The notes under the pieces are model-generated. The model was not told where the DNA came from. It ran no database searches and saw only the letters and a list, made by a program, of their open reading frames with translations. 64,000 nt of DNA from a virus: positions 32,001-96,000 of IMG/VR virus record IMGVR_UViG_3300042898_004347. One strand, 5' to 3'. A program made the translations under genes and the position numbers. Below are positions 36,513 through 44,819 of the stretch, piece after piece. The number at the start of each line of letters is the position of its first letter. The first letter of the stretch is position 1.

Positions 36513-36588
36513 TGGTAGACCCGGAAGGATTCGAACCTTCAATACAACGTTCGTAGCGTTGCGTGATAATCCGTTTCACTACGGGTCT
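36513..36588 (-). tRNA. tRNA-Arg(ACG)
   Basis: Loop CTACGAA, CCA. Confidence 0.92.
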
Positions 36589-36695
36589 ATAAAAATGAGT
36601 AGTACCGATTGTTCCGAGCACGGTTACCTGTTGTTCAACATACTGAATGATAACACCGACTCCTGTTTTACGAACAACTGGATTTCTACTCAAAA

Positions 36696-36781
36696 TGGTG
36701 GGCACGCTTGGACTCGAACCAAGGGTTATCCGAAGAGGGGACATTTACAGTGTCCTGCAATAGCCGCTATGCGACGCGCCC
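36696..36781 (-). tRNA. tRNA-Tyr(GTA)
   Basis: Loop CTGTAAA, long variable arm, CCA. Confidence 0.92.
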
Positions 36782-36837
36782 GAAAAATTGTCATTTGAGT
36801 CAACCTCAATTTCGCCAATGACGTGGCGTTTGCAAAA

Positions 36838-36912
36838 TGGAGCGGTATCCGGGTAACGATCCCAGAACTCAAGTTTGGAAAACTCGCGTGTATCCATTAA
36901 CACCTATACCGC
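36838..36912 (-). tRNA. tRNA-Gly(TCC)
   Basis: Loop TTTCCAA, TCCA end. Confidence 0.88.
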
Positions 36913-36917
36913 AAAAC

Positions 36918-36991
36918 TGGTGCCTTCGACAAGAATCGAACTTGTGACTAGCGCTTATCAAGCGCTGGTTATACCGTTTAACTACAAAGGC
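36918..36991 (-). tRNA. tRNA-Ile(GAT)
   Basis: Loop TTGATAA, CCA; 5' end overlaps the endonuclease stop codon. Confidence 0.9.
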
Positions 36992-37583
36992 TTTTAATAT
37001 ATTCCACATTTATATCTTTATTTAAAAGAATGATTATTTTTACAGAATTCTGTTTTGCTGCTAATTGTATTTTTTCTGCATCCAAAATGGCTTTATAATC
37101 GTTTTTAGGATCTAAATATAAATCATATTCTGTTAGATAGAAATCAGCAAAATATCTTTTATTGTTGTATTTTAATGATTTCGGTCGAATCCATTTTATA
37201 TTCAATTCATTTAATAATGAACTACATCTTAATTCATATGTACTCTGTAGTGTAACTTCATTACCATATGAATCATTTACTTTAAATTTTTTACTTCTTC
37301 CAGCCAAAGGTTGGTAACCACCTAAACCTCGATCTTTTGCTATTTTTGATAATAGTGATTTAGTTTCTTGAGTATGCGCAGTTCCTGTACCGGGACCAGT
37401 TTTTGGTCTAAAACATCTAACATCGGACAATACAGTTTTACCTTTATTCCATGCAACCCTCTCTACTTTAGGTTTAATGACTTTAGGTTTATCGTGCCAC
37501 TTTAAATGACGATTGAATGCGAAAAGCGATACGGCATTTCCACATTTAGGACAAATAGATGTTGTTGTTTTACCTTTGGGCAT
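36978..37583 (-). CDS. Free-standing homing-type endonuclease, paralogue of 32880-33503
   Basis: Start MPKGKTT; CPKC..HLKWH, AWNKGKT, HTQETKSLLS, QSTYE, YFADFYLTEYDLYLDPKN; AT-rich; TATAAATA at 37589-37596. Confidence 0.8.
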   Translation of the reverse strand: MPKGKTTTSICPKCGNAVSLFAFNRHLKWHDKPKVIKPKVERVAWNKGKTVLSDVRCFRPKTGPGTGTAHTQETKSLLSKIAKDRGLGGYQPLAGRSKKFKVNDSYGNEVTLQSTYELRCSSLLNELNIKWIRPKSLKYNNKRYFADFYLTEYDLYLDPKNDYKAILDAEKIQLAAKQNSVKIIILLNKDINVEYIKSLCS

Positions 37584-37602
37584 TAATCTATTTATAGAGG
37601 TA

Positions 37603-37634
37603 GACGATGCTCTAACCAACTGAGCTACTAGACC
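37603..37634 (-). pseudogene. 5' half of a tRNA, possibly Ile(GAT)
   Basis: GGTCTAGTAGCTCAGTTGGTTAGAGCATCGTC ends just before the anticodon loop. Confidence 0.72.
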
Positions 37635-37639
37635 GAAAA

Positions 37640-37729
37640 TGGCGGAAATAGAAGGATTCGAACCTTCGGGGCTTTTGAGGACCCGAGACTTTAGCAAAGT
37701 CTTGCCTTAAACCACTCGGCCATATTTCC
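37640..37729 (-). tRNA. tRNA-Ser(GCT)
   Basis: Loop TTGCTAA, long variable arm, CCA. Confidence 0.93.
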
Positions 37730-37734
37730 TAAAT

Positions 37735-37824
37735 TGGAGGAAGGGGTGGGATTCGAACCCACGGTCGTTTTTAGGCGACTCAAGTTTTCAAGACTAGCGC
37801 CTTAAACCACTCAGCCACCCTTCC
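37735..37824 (-). tRNA. tRNA-Ser(TGA)
   Basis: Loop CTTGAAA, long variable arm, CCA. Confidence 0.93.
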
Positions 37825-37830
37825 TTAAAA

Positions 37831-37906
37831 TGGAGCCCTCGGACGGGATCGAACCGACGACAACCAGTTTACAAAACTGGTGCTCTACCAACTGAGCTAC
37901 AAGGGC
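37831..37906 (-). tRNA. tRNA-Thr(TGT)
   Basis: Loop TTTGTAA, CCA. Confidence 0.95.
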
Positions 37907-38224
37907 GAAATTGAATCCCACCATGCACCTAGAAGCATTGCTGCTTTCACGGATGAACCCGACATTCAGTGCAGGTAGGAAAATTGGAAAGGTAACGATA
38001 GCTCAGTGTTCTGGCTGCATATCGGTGCAGACGGCATTTCGTTTTTATCTAACACTTAGACCTTAAAAGAGCCCGGCAATTTATTTAAAGACGTCCGGGG
38101 CTCGTCTATTTTTATTTGAAAAAAGAACTAATTTTACCCCTCTCAGCTTGTGCTGGTTTGGATACCCGTTATCGGACGTTTGGACTCCTTAAAGCCGGAG
38201 TCTGGCAGTGAAACTGAAAGTGAT

Positions 38225-38257
38225 AAAAAAACCTCTGAGCTTTATGGCCCAGAGGTT
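38225..38257 (-). terminator. Attenuator terminator in the tRNA-array leader
   Basis: AACCTCTGGGC-CATAAA-GCTCAGAGGTT running into a T7 tract. Confidence 0.85.
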
Positions 38258-38290
38258 AAAGATAATTTCGATTTTAGATCGACCTTATTT

Positions 38291-38383
38291 TTAACCCCTG
38301 TAACCTGTTCCGCGTACGGACCAGAACAAGCCACAGCTATGTGGATTTTGTTCTGTATCTGATTTAATCTGTACCGTAAGCAT
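38291..38383 (-). CDS. Candidate leader peptide (30 aa)
   Basis: MLTVQIKSDTEQNPHSCGLFWSVRGTGYRG*, between promoter and terminator; last codons overlap the antiterminator arm. Confidence 0.7.
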   Translation of the reverse strand: MLTVQIKSDTEQNPHSCGLFWSVRGTGYRG

Positions 38384-38401
38384 TTGAAGTGTTTGTTGAT
38401 T

Positions 38402-38445
38402 TATTTATAGGACTATCATACTTAGTTTTGGTACAAAGTAAACAA
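38402..38445 (-). promoter_or_regulatory. Tandem early (TTTACT-N17-TATGAT) and late (TATAAATA) promoters of the tRNA array
   Basis: GTTGTTTACTTTGTACCAAAACTAAGTATGATAGTCCTATAAATA. Confidence 0.8.
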
Positions 38446-38455
38446 CAAAGCGCAA

Positions 38456-39154
38456 TTAGTGCATAAAAAGATATGGTTTCCATTCCTCGCGGATACCCAT
38501 ATCCTCGGGGATTTGAACGCCGATCTGGACACGGTTCTTTGGAACCACTTCCTTACCATTAATGTCAAAATACGGGAAAATGTTGTCCTTGGCAGCATTA
38601 CAGTCGCGGCAGGCAAGAACAAGGTTGAACCCGTCATTGGTACCACCCTTTGACTTGGGATGCACGTGATCCTTGGTGGCAACGCAGAAAGGTATCTTTT
38701 TGAGGCAGTACTGACAGGTGCCCTTATAGATGCTGTAAAGACTCCGAAGTGAGGTTTGCTGACCACGACGAACAGTATGTCCGAAGTGAGTAGTGCAGAC
38801 AACGATGGTCGGAATTGCCCATTGCTTTTCTTCGCCACTGATACGGTCCGGAGCGGAACGCAGACATGGCTGGTTGTCAAAGAGTTCTATGGTGTTCTTC
38901 GACCACGAATAACCGTCATTGTCCTCACGACCGTCCCATGGAATTGTGTTACCACTCGCGTCGATACCGTGAGCCCTACCATTCATCATGTGACGCATGC
39001 ACGCACGGGCCGTGAAGAAGGCATAGGCTTGGTAGGAACCGTCGAGCACCAGTGTGGTACGCGCAGAAGCATCAACAGGAGTCAATACATTAACCTGTAA
39101 TTGATTTAACAACTGAAGTGAAGCCTTTTCGTGGTACGTTGTATTTGCGAGCAT
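38456..39154 (-). CDS. HNH endonuclease (McrA-like)
   Basis: CQYC...TKDHVHPKSKGG...NLVLACRDCNAAK; start uncertain. Confidence 0.88.
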   Translation of the reverse strand: MLANTTYHEKASLQLLNQLQVNVLTPVDASARTTLVLDGSYQAYAFFTARACMRHMMNGRAHGIDASGNTIPWDGREDNDGYSWSKNTIELFDNQPCLRSAPDRISGEEKQWAIPTIVVCTTHFGHTVRRGQQTSLRSLYSIYKGTCQYCLKKIPFCVATKDHVHPKSKGGTNDGFNLVLACRDCNAAKDNIFPYFDINGKEVVPKNRVQIGVQIPEDMGIREEWKPYLFMH

Positions 39155-39316
39155 TAGAGTAAGATTCACCGTTGAGCACTTGGCAGTGACCAGCGGTTTT
39201 GTGGTCCCAGATCATGATACCAAAGCGGTTGACCTTGGTCTCACGTGGGACAAAGTTGGGGTCGGGTAGAATACCAGACCGAATAAGACTTTGAATGATT
39301 TTATCGTTGGACATTT

Positions 39317-39511
39317 TTAGAAAGTAGACATACAAACACCCCAAGCTGGTGCGTTTTCATCTTTTTTAAAACCTGGGTAACCTGGATAAACAGGATGGAT
39401 ACGCACAACTGTATCATAGTTAGCATACTCAGGATTGTAGGCTACTGCTTCGACGTCTCCATGTTTGTCCTTGACAGCATTGAGTTCGTTAATTAATTCG
39501 GAGATTCTCAT
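39317..39511 (-). CDS. Hypothetical protein
   Basis: MRISELINELNAVKDKHGDVE motif. Confidence 0.65.
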   Translation of the reverse strand: MRISELINELNAVKDKHGDVEAVAYNPEYANYDTVVRIHPVYPGYPGFKKDENAPAWGVCMSTF

Positions 39512-39517
39512 AAAATT

Positions 39518-39757
39518 TTAAGAACCTTGAAAAGAAGTTTCTAAATGAAGGGCATCAAAGTAACCCTTGCGCCATGCATCCATAAGTTTCATTAATTTCT
39601 TAGGCTCTTTGCGATACTCTTTCACGAATGCGTGGAAGTGAATGTCGCATTGCGAAGCAGCCATGATTCCGTTTTGGTAAGCCTCTTCGCCAAGTTTGAC
39701 AACGAACTTTAGATCCTGAGCGTAATAGTATCGTTTCATTTGTTTTGCGGTATTCAT
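39518..39757 (-). CDS. Hypothetical early protein
   Basis: Directly behind a repeat-family promoter. Confidence 0.65.
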   Translation of the reverse strand: MNTAKQMKRYYYAQDLKFVVKLGEEAYQNGIMAASQCDIHFHAFVKEYRKEPKKLMKLMDAWRKGYFDALHLETSFQGS

Positions 39758-39825
39758 TATGATATAATCCTAAACTAAATTGGCTAAAAGTAAATTAATT
39801 AGATTGTCCTAAGTTGTTGATTATC
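39758..39825 (-). promoter_or_regulatory. Early promoter with IHF-consensus box
   Basis: AATCAACAACTTAGG-N13-TTTACT...TAGGAT. Confidence 0.75.
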
Positions 39826-40069
39826 ACTTGTTGTCCAGCTTGTTCATGGTCACCCACTTGGCGCGGTTGATCAGAAAGCGGACGCGAAGATCATTTTGAG
39901 GGTCACCCATAAGATGTTGAACATCAGAGAGAAGGGACATCACAATGTCCTGACCTGCAACGCGGTATTCATTAACAAATTCGTACCAACGGTTAATATC
40001 GGCGACGCCAAACTGTTCCATGTCGGTAACAGTTGATTCATACTTTTTAAAGGTTGGGTTGTTTAACAT
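39824..40069 (-). CDS. Hypothetical early protein
   Basis: MSLLSDVQHLM...FLINRAKW; behind a repeat-family promoter. Confidence 0.65.
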   Translation of the reverse strand: MLNNPTFKKYESTVTDMEQFGVADINRWYEFVNEYRVAGQDIVMSLLSDVQHLMGDPQNDLRVRFLINRAKWVTMNKLDNK

Positions 40070-40180
40070 GCTACTATCCTACAACAAACCGCCAAAAAGT
40101 AAACAAATACGATTTACCTAAGCTGTTGATTACAAACAGCCGCTTAAAATAACCCCAGGTTATTGAATACCAATAACTTA
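40070..40180 (-). promoter_or_regulatory. Early promoter with paired IHF-like boxes
   Basis: AATCAACAGCTTAGG-N13-TTTACT...TAGGAT; pseudo-palindrome AGGTTATTGAATACCAATAACTTA further upstream. Confidence 0.72.
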
Positions 40181-40798
40181 CTCGATGCCTTTTGTGGCTT
40201 TTTTCTTCTTCTTTTGAAGAATCTTTCTCCGAGCGTTGAGTCGATTCACAACCTCATTACCAGTCATCCAAATATCTTTGTTATCAAGAATTGATTGAAT
40301 CTCATCGGGCTTCAAAAAGTCCGAATAAATTTCCTGGAGTAATCCTTCAGACCATTTGCGTTCATGCTTGATCTGGTCGATCATCTCTCCGCCTTTACCC
40401 ATTGTGCCACCCGAATAATTGTGGAACATAAACATTGAATGAGCAGAGATTTCAAAGCTATCTGACATTAAAAAGACGATAGTTGCTGCAGACATACAGG
40501 CGCCCTCAACGGAGGCCATGACTGGAGCTTTGCATTCACGGATCACCCGCATGAACTGAATTGCTGACCATAGATCGCCACCCGAAGAATTGATGTAGAT
40601 TTTCACGAGATCATTTGGAGGACAATGACGAATCTGATTAAACCACTCGGTGTATTTCGAAGCTTCTTCAATTTGTCCCACGAGATAATACTCATGGATA
40701 TGCCCGAGGGGTTTATCTGTAAAGGCACATGTGGGTTTTTTTTCCTGATTTAGCATATCGAATAGGGGATGATCTAATTTTTTAACATCAGTCTTCAT
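40178..40798 (-). CDS. clpP: ClpP-like serine protease
   Basis: IYINSSGGD, GACMSAAT, FMFH, KDIWMT. Confidence 0.88.
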   Translation of the reverse strand: MKTDVKKLDHPLFDMLNQEKKPTCAFTDKPLGHIHEYYLVGQIEEASKYTEWFNQIRHCPPNDLVKIYINSSGGDLWSAIQFMRVIRECKAPVMASVEGACMSAATIVFLMSDSFEISAHSMFMFHNYSGGTMGKGGEMIDQIKHERKWSEGLLQEIYSDFLKPDEIQSILDNKDIWMTGNEVVNRLNARRKILQKKKKKATKGIE

Positions 40799-40810
40799 TG
40801 GTAGTATGTA

Positions 40811-41488
40811 TCAGTTTCCGAAGATTTTTCTGCGCTTATATTCCTGGATGGTTTCTAGGAGTGGTTTGACCCAATTATCACGGTGTTCTTTAAACACTTT
40901 GGGTTCATTGTCATCGATTCCCATAATTGTCACGATGTTTGTAATTGGAAGTTTTGTGCGTTCCTCAAACATAATCGCATAGGCAGTTTCCTGCATGAAG
41001 TATGTATGAATATCTTCCTTCTCTTTGACTCGTCGAGATGTTTTGATGTCAATAATTGACCGGACACCGTCAAAGTCAGCAACAAGATCCACACGACCTG
41101 CAAGGCCCAGATGATCTGAATACAAAGGTTTTTCCTGCAGAATAATGTTATTGACTCTGGATTCCAGAATCGGACGAATCGTACTAAACATCTGCCAGAT
41201 ATGAGGGAGGAAGTTTTTAGATTCAAGGACTTCGTTATTTAGAAATCTCTCAGCAACCTTATGAATCTCTTCCCCACGGGCACACGCCCGCCGGGAGATA
41301 CGATTCGCCTCTTCTTCACCCACCTTCTGACGCCATTCACGAATACTATTCTCGCTTAGAATCCCAAGAACCGTGGTAATCGATGGATACTTAGGTCCCC
41401 TCGGAGTAGCATACGTGCGTCCACTTTCAAGGGTTTCGCACACGAGATCATTGTATCCTAGATCTATGGGATTATGAATAAATGTCAT
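40811..41488 (-). CDS. PD-(D/E)XK exonuclease
   Basis: YPSITTVLG, AGRVDLVA, IIDIKTS, YFMQETAYA. Confidence 0.9.
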   Translation of the reverse strand: MTFIHNPIDLGYNDLVCETLESGRTYATPRGPKYPSITTVLGILSENSIREWRQKVGEEEANRISRRACARGEEIHKVAERFLNNEVLESKNFLPHIWQMFSTIRPILESRVNNIILQEKPLYSDHLGLAGRVDLVADFDGVRSIIDIKTSRRVKEKEDIHTYFMQETAYAIMFEERTKLPITNIVTIMGIDDNEPKVFKEHRDNWVKPLLETIQEYKRRKIFGN

Positions 41489-41661
41489 TCGTCTAGGTCT
41501 TCAAAGTCTTCAAGAATATCTCCAGCATCAATTGGTCCATTGACCCGATAGTATTGTTCATCCTCATTGTTATTTTTTGATGGATGAACATTTTTCTTTC
41601 GCTGATGCTTTTGAGCTTCACGATCAAATCGATTTTGTTTTTCTTCTCGGTTCCTATTCAT
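41485..41661 (-). CDS. Small hypothetical protein
   Basis: 58 aa filling the gap, overlapping both neighbours. Confidence 0.5.
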   Translation of the reverse strand: MNRNREEKQNRFDREAQKHQRKKNVHPSKNNNEDEQYYRVNGPIDAGDILEDFEDLDE

Positions 41662-42377
41662 TATTCGTTCTTTTTTAAGAATTCTTTTGTCATAATATAA
41701 TCTCGCACAATACCCGATCGAACAATATCCTGCCAGGTAAATTCAACAGAATAGAAATATTTCATCTGAGAGATGATCTTCATGAAGTCAATGATACCGC
41801 TTTTATCCTTGGATTTCTCCAGGTCTGATTGGTAGTAATCACCACACATGATGAACCGGCAATCCTCACCGAGACGGGTAATGATTGAATCTAATTCGTG
41901 AAAAGTAAGATTCTGCATTTCATCCACAATTACGATGGATTTACGAAGAGTAATACCACGGATAAATGAAGTAGCAAGGAATTCAACTGTGCCTTTGGCC
42001 ACAAGTTTATTCCATGCCATCTTATCTCCAAAGAGTTCTGATAGAATCGAAATGTACGGAGACAGATATGTTGCTTCCTTTTCCGCACGGTCGCCCGGGA
42101 GGAATCCAATATCACGTGTAGGAACGATGGAACGTACAATAATGATTTTTTCATATGGAGATTCCCCCTTCATGACTTCTTCAAGGGCAAGGTATAGCGC
42201 CATAAACGTTTTACCAGTACCAGCTGCACCAGAAAGGCAGAGATGATTTTTTTTCTTATAGGCAGCAAACACTTTCTTTTGAGTTAGCGTGAGAGGTTCA
42301 ATTTGCTTTAGATTCTCGTAGCGAACCGAAGGAATTGACGCAATAATTTGTTTTTGTTTAGATTTTTGTTTAGCCAT
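41661..42377 (-). CDS. phoH: PhoH-family ATPase
   Basis: GAAGTGKT, RDIGFLPG, FIRGITL, VDEMQN, CGDYYQSDL, DIVRSG. Confidence 0.96.
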   Translation of the reverse strand: MAKQKSKQKQIIASIPSVRYENLKQIEPLTLTQKKVFAAYKKKNHLCLSGAAGTGKTFMALYLALEEVMKGESPYEKIIIVRSIVPTRDIGFLPGDRAEKEATYLSPYISILSELFGDKMAWNKLVAKGTVEFLATSFIRGITLRKSIVIVDEMQNLTFHELDSIITRLGEDCRFIMCGDYYQSDLEKSKDKSGIIDFMKIISQMKYFYSVEFTWQDIVRSGIVRDYIMTKEFLKKNE

Positions 42378-42381
42378 GAGA

Positions 42382-42642
42382 TTATTTTGTCCGAATTGTG
42401 TTGCCTCTTCCTGAGCCTCCCTTTATTTTCTGCTGGACTTCTTTCCAACCGTCACCCCCACGCGAGTACATGGATTTAAAGCCAGAATAGCTCAGTTGCA
42501 CTGCAGTGACTCCACGTAGGACTGCTCCAACCTTATGGCAGGATGGGCATTCATCGATCGTAGGTTTATCTCGATCAGCCATGGGCACCAATTGAGTGAA
42601 CTCGTGGTGGCATTCTTTACAATGATAGTCGTAGTTTGGCAT
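42382..42642 (-). CDS. FmdB-family zinc-ribbon protein
   Basis: MPNYDYHCKECHHEF...CPSC. Confidence 0.85.
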   Translation of the reverse strand: MPNYDYHCKECHHEFTQLVPMADRDKPTIDECPSCHKVGAVLRGVTAVQLSYSGFKSMYSRGGDGWKEVQQKIKGGSGRGNTIRTK

Positions 42643-42643
42643 T

Positions 42644-43219
42644 TTATTTTGTAACGAACCAAGAAGGCGTGTTTCGTTTGGTCCAGACCATTTTGAATCT
42701 GCCTTGTTTTGTTTGATAGAATTCTTGATACGACCGCACAGGATCATCTGGATACATGCATTCCGGAGTTGATTTCATTGCAAGTTTGAACTGAGTCATT
42801 GGTACATCCGGAATGTTTTCTGGCGGATCTATGAGATCTTCTAGCAATAATGTTTCACTACTATGGATCTTACCATAACGGTAGGTGTATTCGTTGCAGA
42901 GCGCCTCAAAGTGCTGATGATGCCATTCATAGTTCTCAACGCTTTCCATGGTCCATACAGTACATGGATGATTCATATGAACCGCTTTGTAGAATTTGTC
43001 GTCTTTTTCGGGATTCGGAAGTAGCCATTCCTTACCTTTGCGCCAACGTGCAGGAAGAGAACCCGCAACATATTTCTTTGTTTCGCGCATCGTACCATCG
43101 AGTAGGCGATGCGCAGTCGAAAGCATCTGAGCTGATTCGACGATCATTTTGACCACGTGCTTATCGCATTGCAATTGCGCAGCAATCACGGGGTTTTTAT
43201 CCAGGACAAATATGTTCAT
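42644..43219 (-). CDS. Pyrimidine-dimer glycosylase (DenV)-like protein
   Basis: MNIFVLD..P..AAQ.QCDKHVVKMIVESAQMLSTAH, HMNHPCTVW, EYTYRYGKIH. Confidence 0.85.
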   Translation of the reverse strand: MNIFVLDKNPVIAAQLQCDKHVVKMIVESAQMLSTAHRLLDGTMRETKKYVAGSLPARWRKGKEWLLPNPEKDDKFYKAVHMNHPCTVWTMESVENYEWHHQHFEALCNEYTYRYGKIHSSETLLLEDLIDPPENIPDVPMTQFKLAMKSTPECMYPDDPVRSYQEFYQTKQGRFKMVWTKRNTPSWFVTK

Positions 43220-43271
43220 AATCTAATGGTGTATATCCTACACCTACTTCAACGAAATGTAAATCTTTTTA

Positions 43272-43451
43272 TTATGCCACCTGAAGTTCGGGTTCTTCAA
43301 CCTGAAGAGATTCAATCACTCCTTGCAGAAATTTCTGTTTTCTCTGCATTCCCGTAATTGATGTAATATTGCCTTCTTTCTGGAGACGCTGGATGTAATA
43401 ATCCAGCTCTTGATAATCTTGTTTAAGTCGGTCCAGCTGTGAGATGATCAT
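43272..43451 (-). CDS. Small coiled-coil protein
   Basis: MIISQLDRLKQDYQELDYYIQRLQKEG, 59 aa. Confidence 0.55.
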   Translation of the reverse strand: MIISQLDRLKQDYQELDYYIQRLQKEGNITSITGMQRKQKFLQGVIESLQVEEPELQVA

Positions 43452-43503
43452 TTTTTTCTATAATTAATATAGAAGATACCGTGTTGGTTCTTTCAGGAAA
43501 TTG

Positions 43504-43938
43504 TTATTTAAGAATAAGGCCGGGCCAGGTCTGCTTTACTAAATCTCGAGTAATTCCCGGATAAAGAGTTTCTAGTTTCTTATCCTTCATTGCAAGGATC
43601 ATGTCAGCATCTTTAGGATGAATAGTCTCTAGGATCTGTAGAAACATGTTTTCTCTCTTTGCCGGTTTCATTGCATCGCCCTGGCCACCTTTTACAAAAT
43701 AGTGGAATATTTTAATCTTTAATCTAAGAGAGGAAGAAGAATGCCCGGATTTGGAAAGTCTTCCGTCATATGTGGGTTTTCCTAATGGTAGATTCCATTG
43801 AATGCAATCGTCAAAAGATCCTCGAAGGACATCGCGCAATTCAAGTGAATCGTGCTGTTTCAGGAAAGCAGTTTTCGACTCTGCACTTTCCATTGCTGAA
43901 ACCTTCTGCAGTATTTCGTGTACGAGTAATGAGATCAT
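43504..43938 (-). CDS. Conserved T4-like protein downstream of rnh
   Basis: FDDCIQWNLPLGKP, KRENMFLQILETIHPKDA. Confidence 0.8.
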   Translation of the reverse strand: MISLLVHEILQKVSAMESAESKTAFLKQHDSLELRDVLRGSFDDCIQWNLPLGKPTYDGRLSKSGHSSSSLRLKIKIFHYFVKGGQGDAMKPAKRENMFLQILETIHPKDADMILAMKDKKLETLYPGITRDLVKQTWPGLILK

Positions 43939-44783
43939 TGTGAATTAAATTCTTCAGCGCATTCAATCAATTGTGTGCAGCGTTTAGAGATCAGATAATT
44001 AAGGATATTTGAATTCGGTTTGGCCGAATCAAATGTATTTATAATAGAGTCCTTCTTGTCCTGGGGAACTTTGCTCAGATCAATAAGAGCGGTATTGCGC
44101 TGGAAATTGCGGTATGTTTCTTGATTCATTACCGTATCCAGGGAAGAACGTGAGGCATACCATGCATCAACTTTTTTAGCAGAAACTGGCTTTTGGCGAA
44201 TCTTATCCACGAACGTATTGTCTGGAGAAAGAATGTTTGGAATACCGTCTCCACTATCTCCACGAACCGTATGGTCAAACAGATATTTGACTGGATCCTT
44301 CTCCTTGATGAAAGACTTAATCATAGGTGAGAACTGTTTTACATTGGAATACTGTTGAAGCTGGATGAAATCTTTATCCGAAGAAATGATCATCACTGGC
44401 TCGTGTTGACCAAAGTTCTGTGTCTTTTCTGTAAGAGTTCCAATGATGTCATCAGCCTCAATGTTGTTAATGTGAACAACCTTGTATGGAAAATTCTCTG
44501 CAATTTCATTGCGCACCAGAGTTAGAATGCGAAAGAATTCAGTCCAATCAAGACCGCTATCGTCTCGGTTTGCCTTTCGGTGAGCCTTGTACTGAGGATA
44601 GATCTGCTTGCGCCACGAACCTCCGTCACAGGCAATAACCATCTGACCGTATTCCTTACGATGCTTGAGGTTATACATCCTCAAGGAGTTTAGAATCATG
44701 TGGCGTATCAAATGCTCTGAAACATCCATCTTCTGTGTGAAGATGTTGGAAATTGCAATACCCGAATAGTCGACTAAGATCAT
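43935..44783 (-). CDS. rnh: T4-type RNase H (5'-3' exonuclease)
   Basis: MILVDYS, IRHMILNSLR, EADDIIG, SSDKDFIQL, GDSGDGIPN. Confidence 0.95.
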   Translation of the reverse strand: MILVDYSGIAISNIFTQKMDVSEHLIRHMILNSLRMYNLKHRKEYGQMVIACDGGSWRKQIYPQYKAHRKANRDDSGLDWTEFFRILTLVRNEIAENFPYKVVHINNIEADDIIGTLTEKTQNFGQHEPVMIISSDKDFIQLQQYSNVKQFSPMIKSFIKEKDPVKYLFDHTVRGDSGDGIPNILSPDNTFVDKIRQKPVSAKKVDAWYASRSSLDTVMNQETYRNFQRNTALIDLSKVPQDKKDSIINTFDSAKPNSNILNYLISKRCTQLIECAEEFNSQ

Positions 44784-44819
44784 GTACCAATCATACTACG
44801 CTAACGTCAGATGTAAACA

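Noticed and set aside
35590-36798. ORF-track ORFs across the tRNA array
   Set aside because: They overlap tRNAs or paired RNA elements and have no protein motifs
38150-38362. 70-aa plus-strand ORF over the attenuator
   Set aside because: Antisense to the promoter-leader-terminator unit; no promoter support
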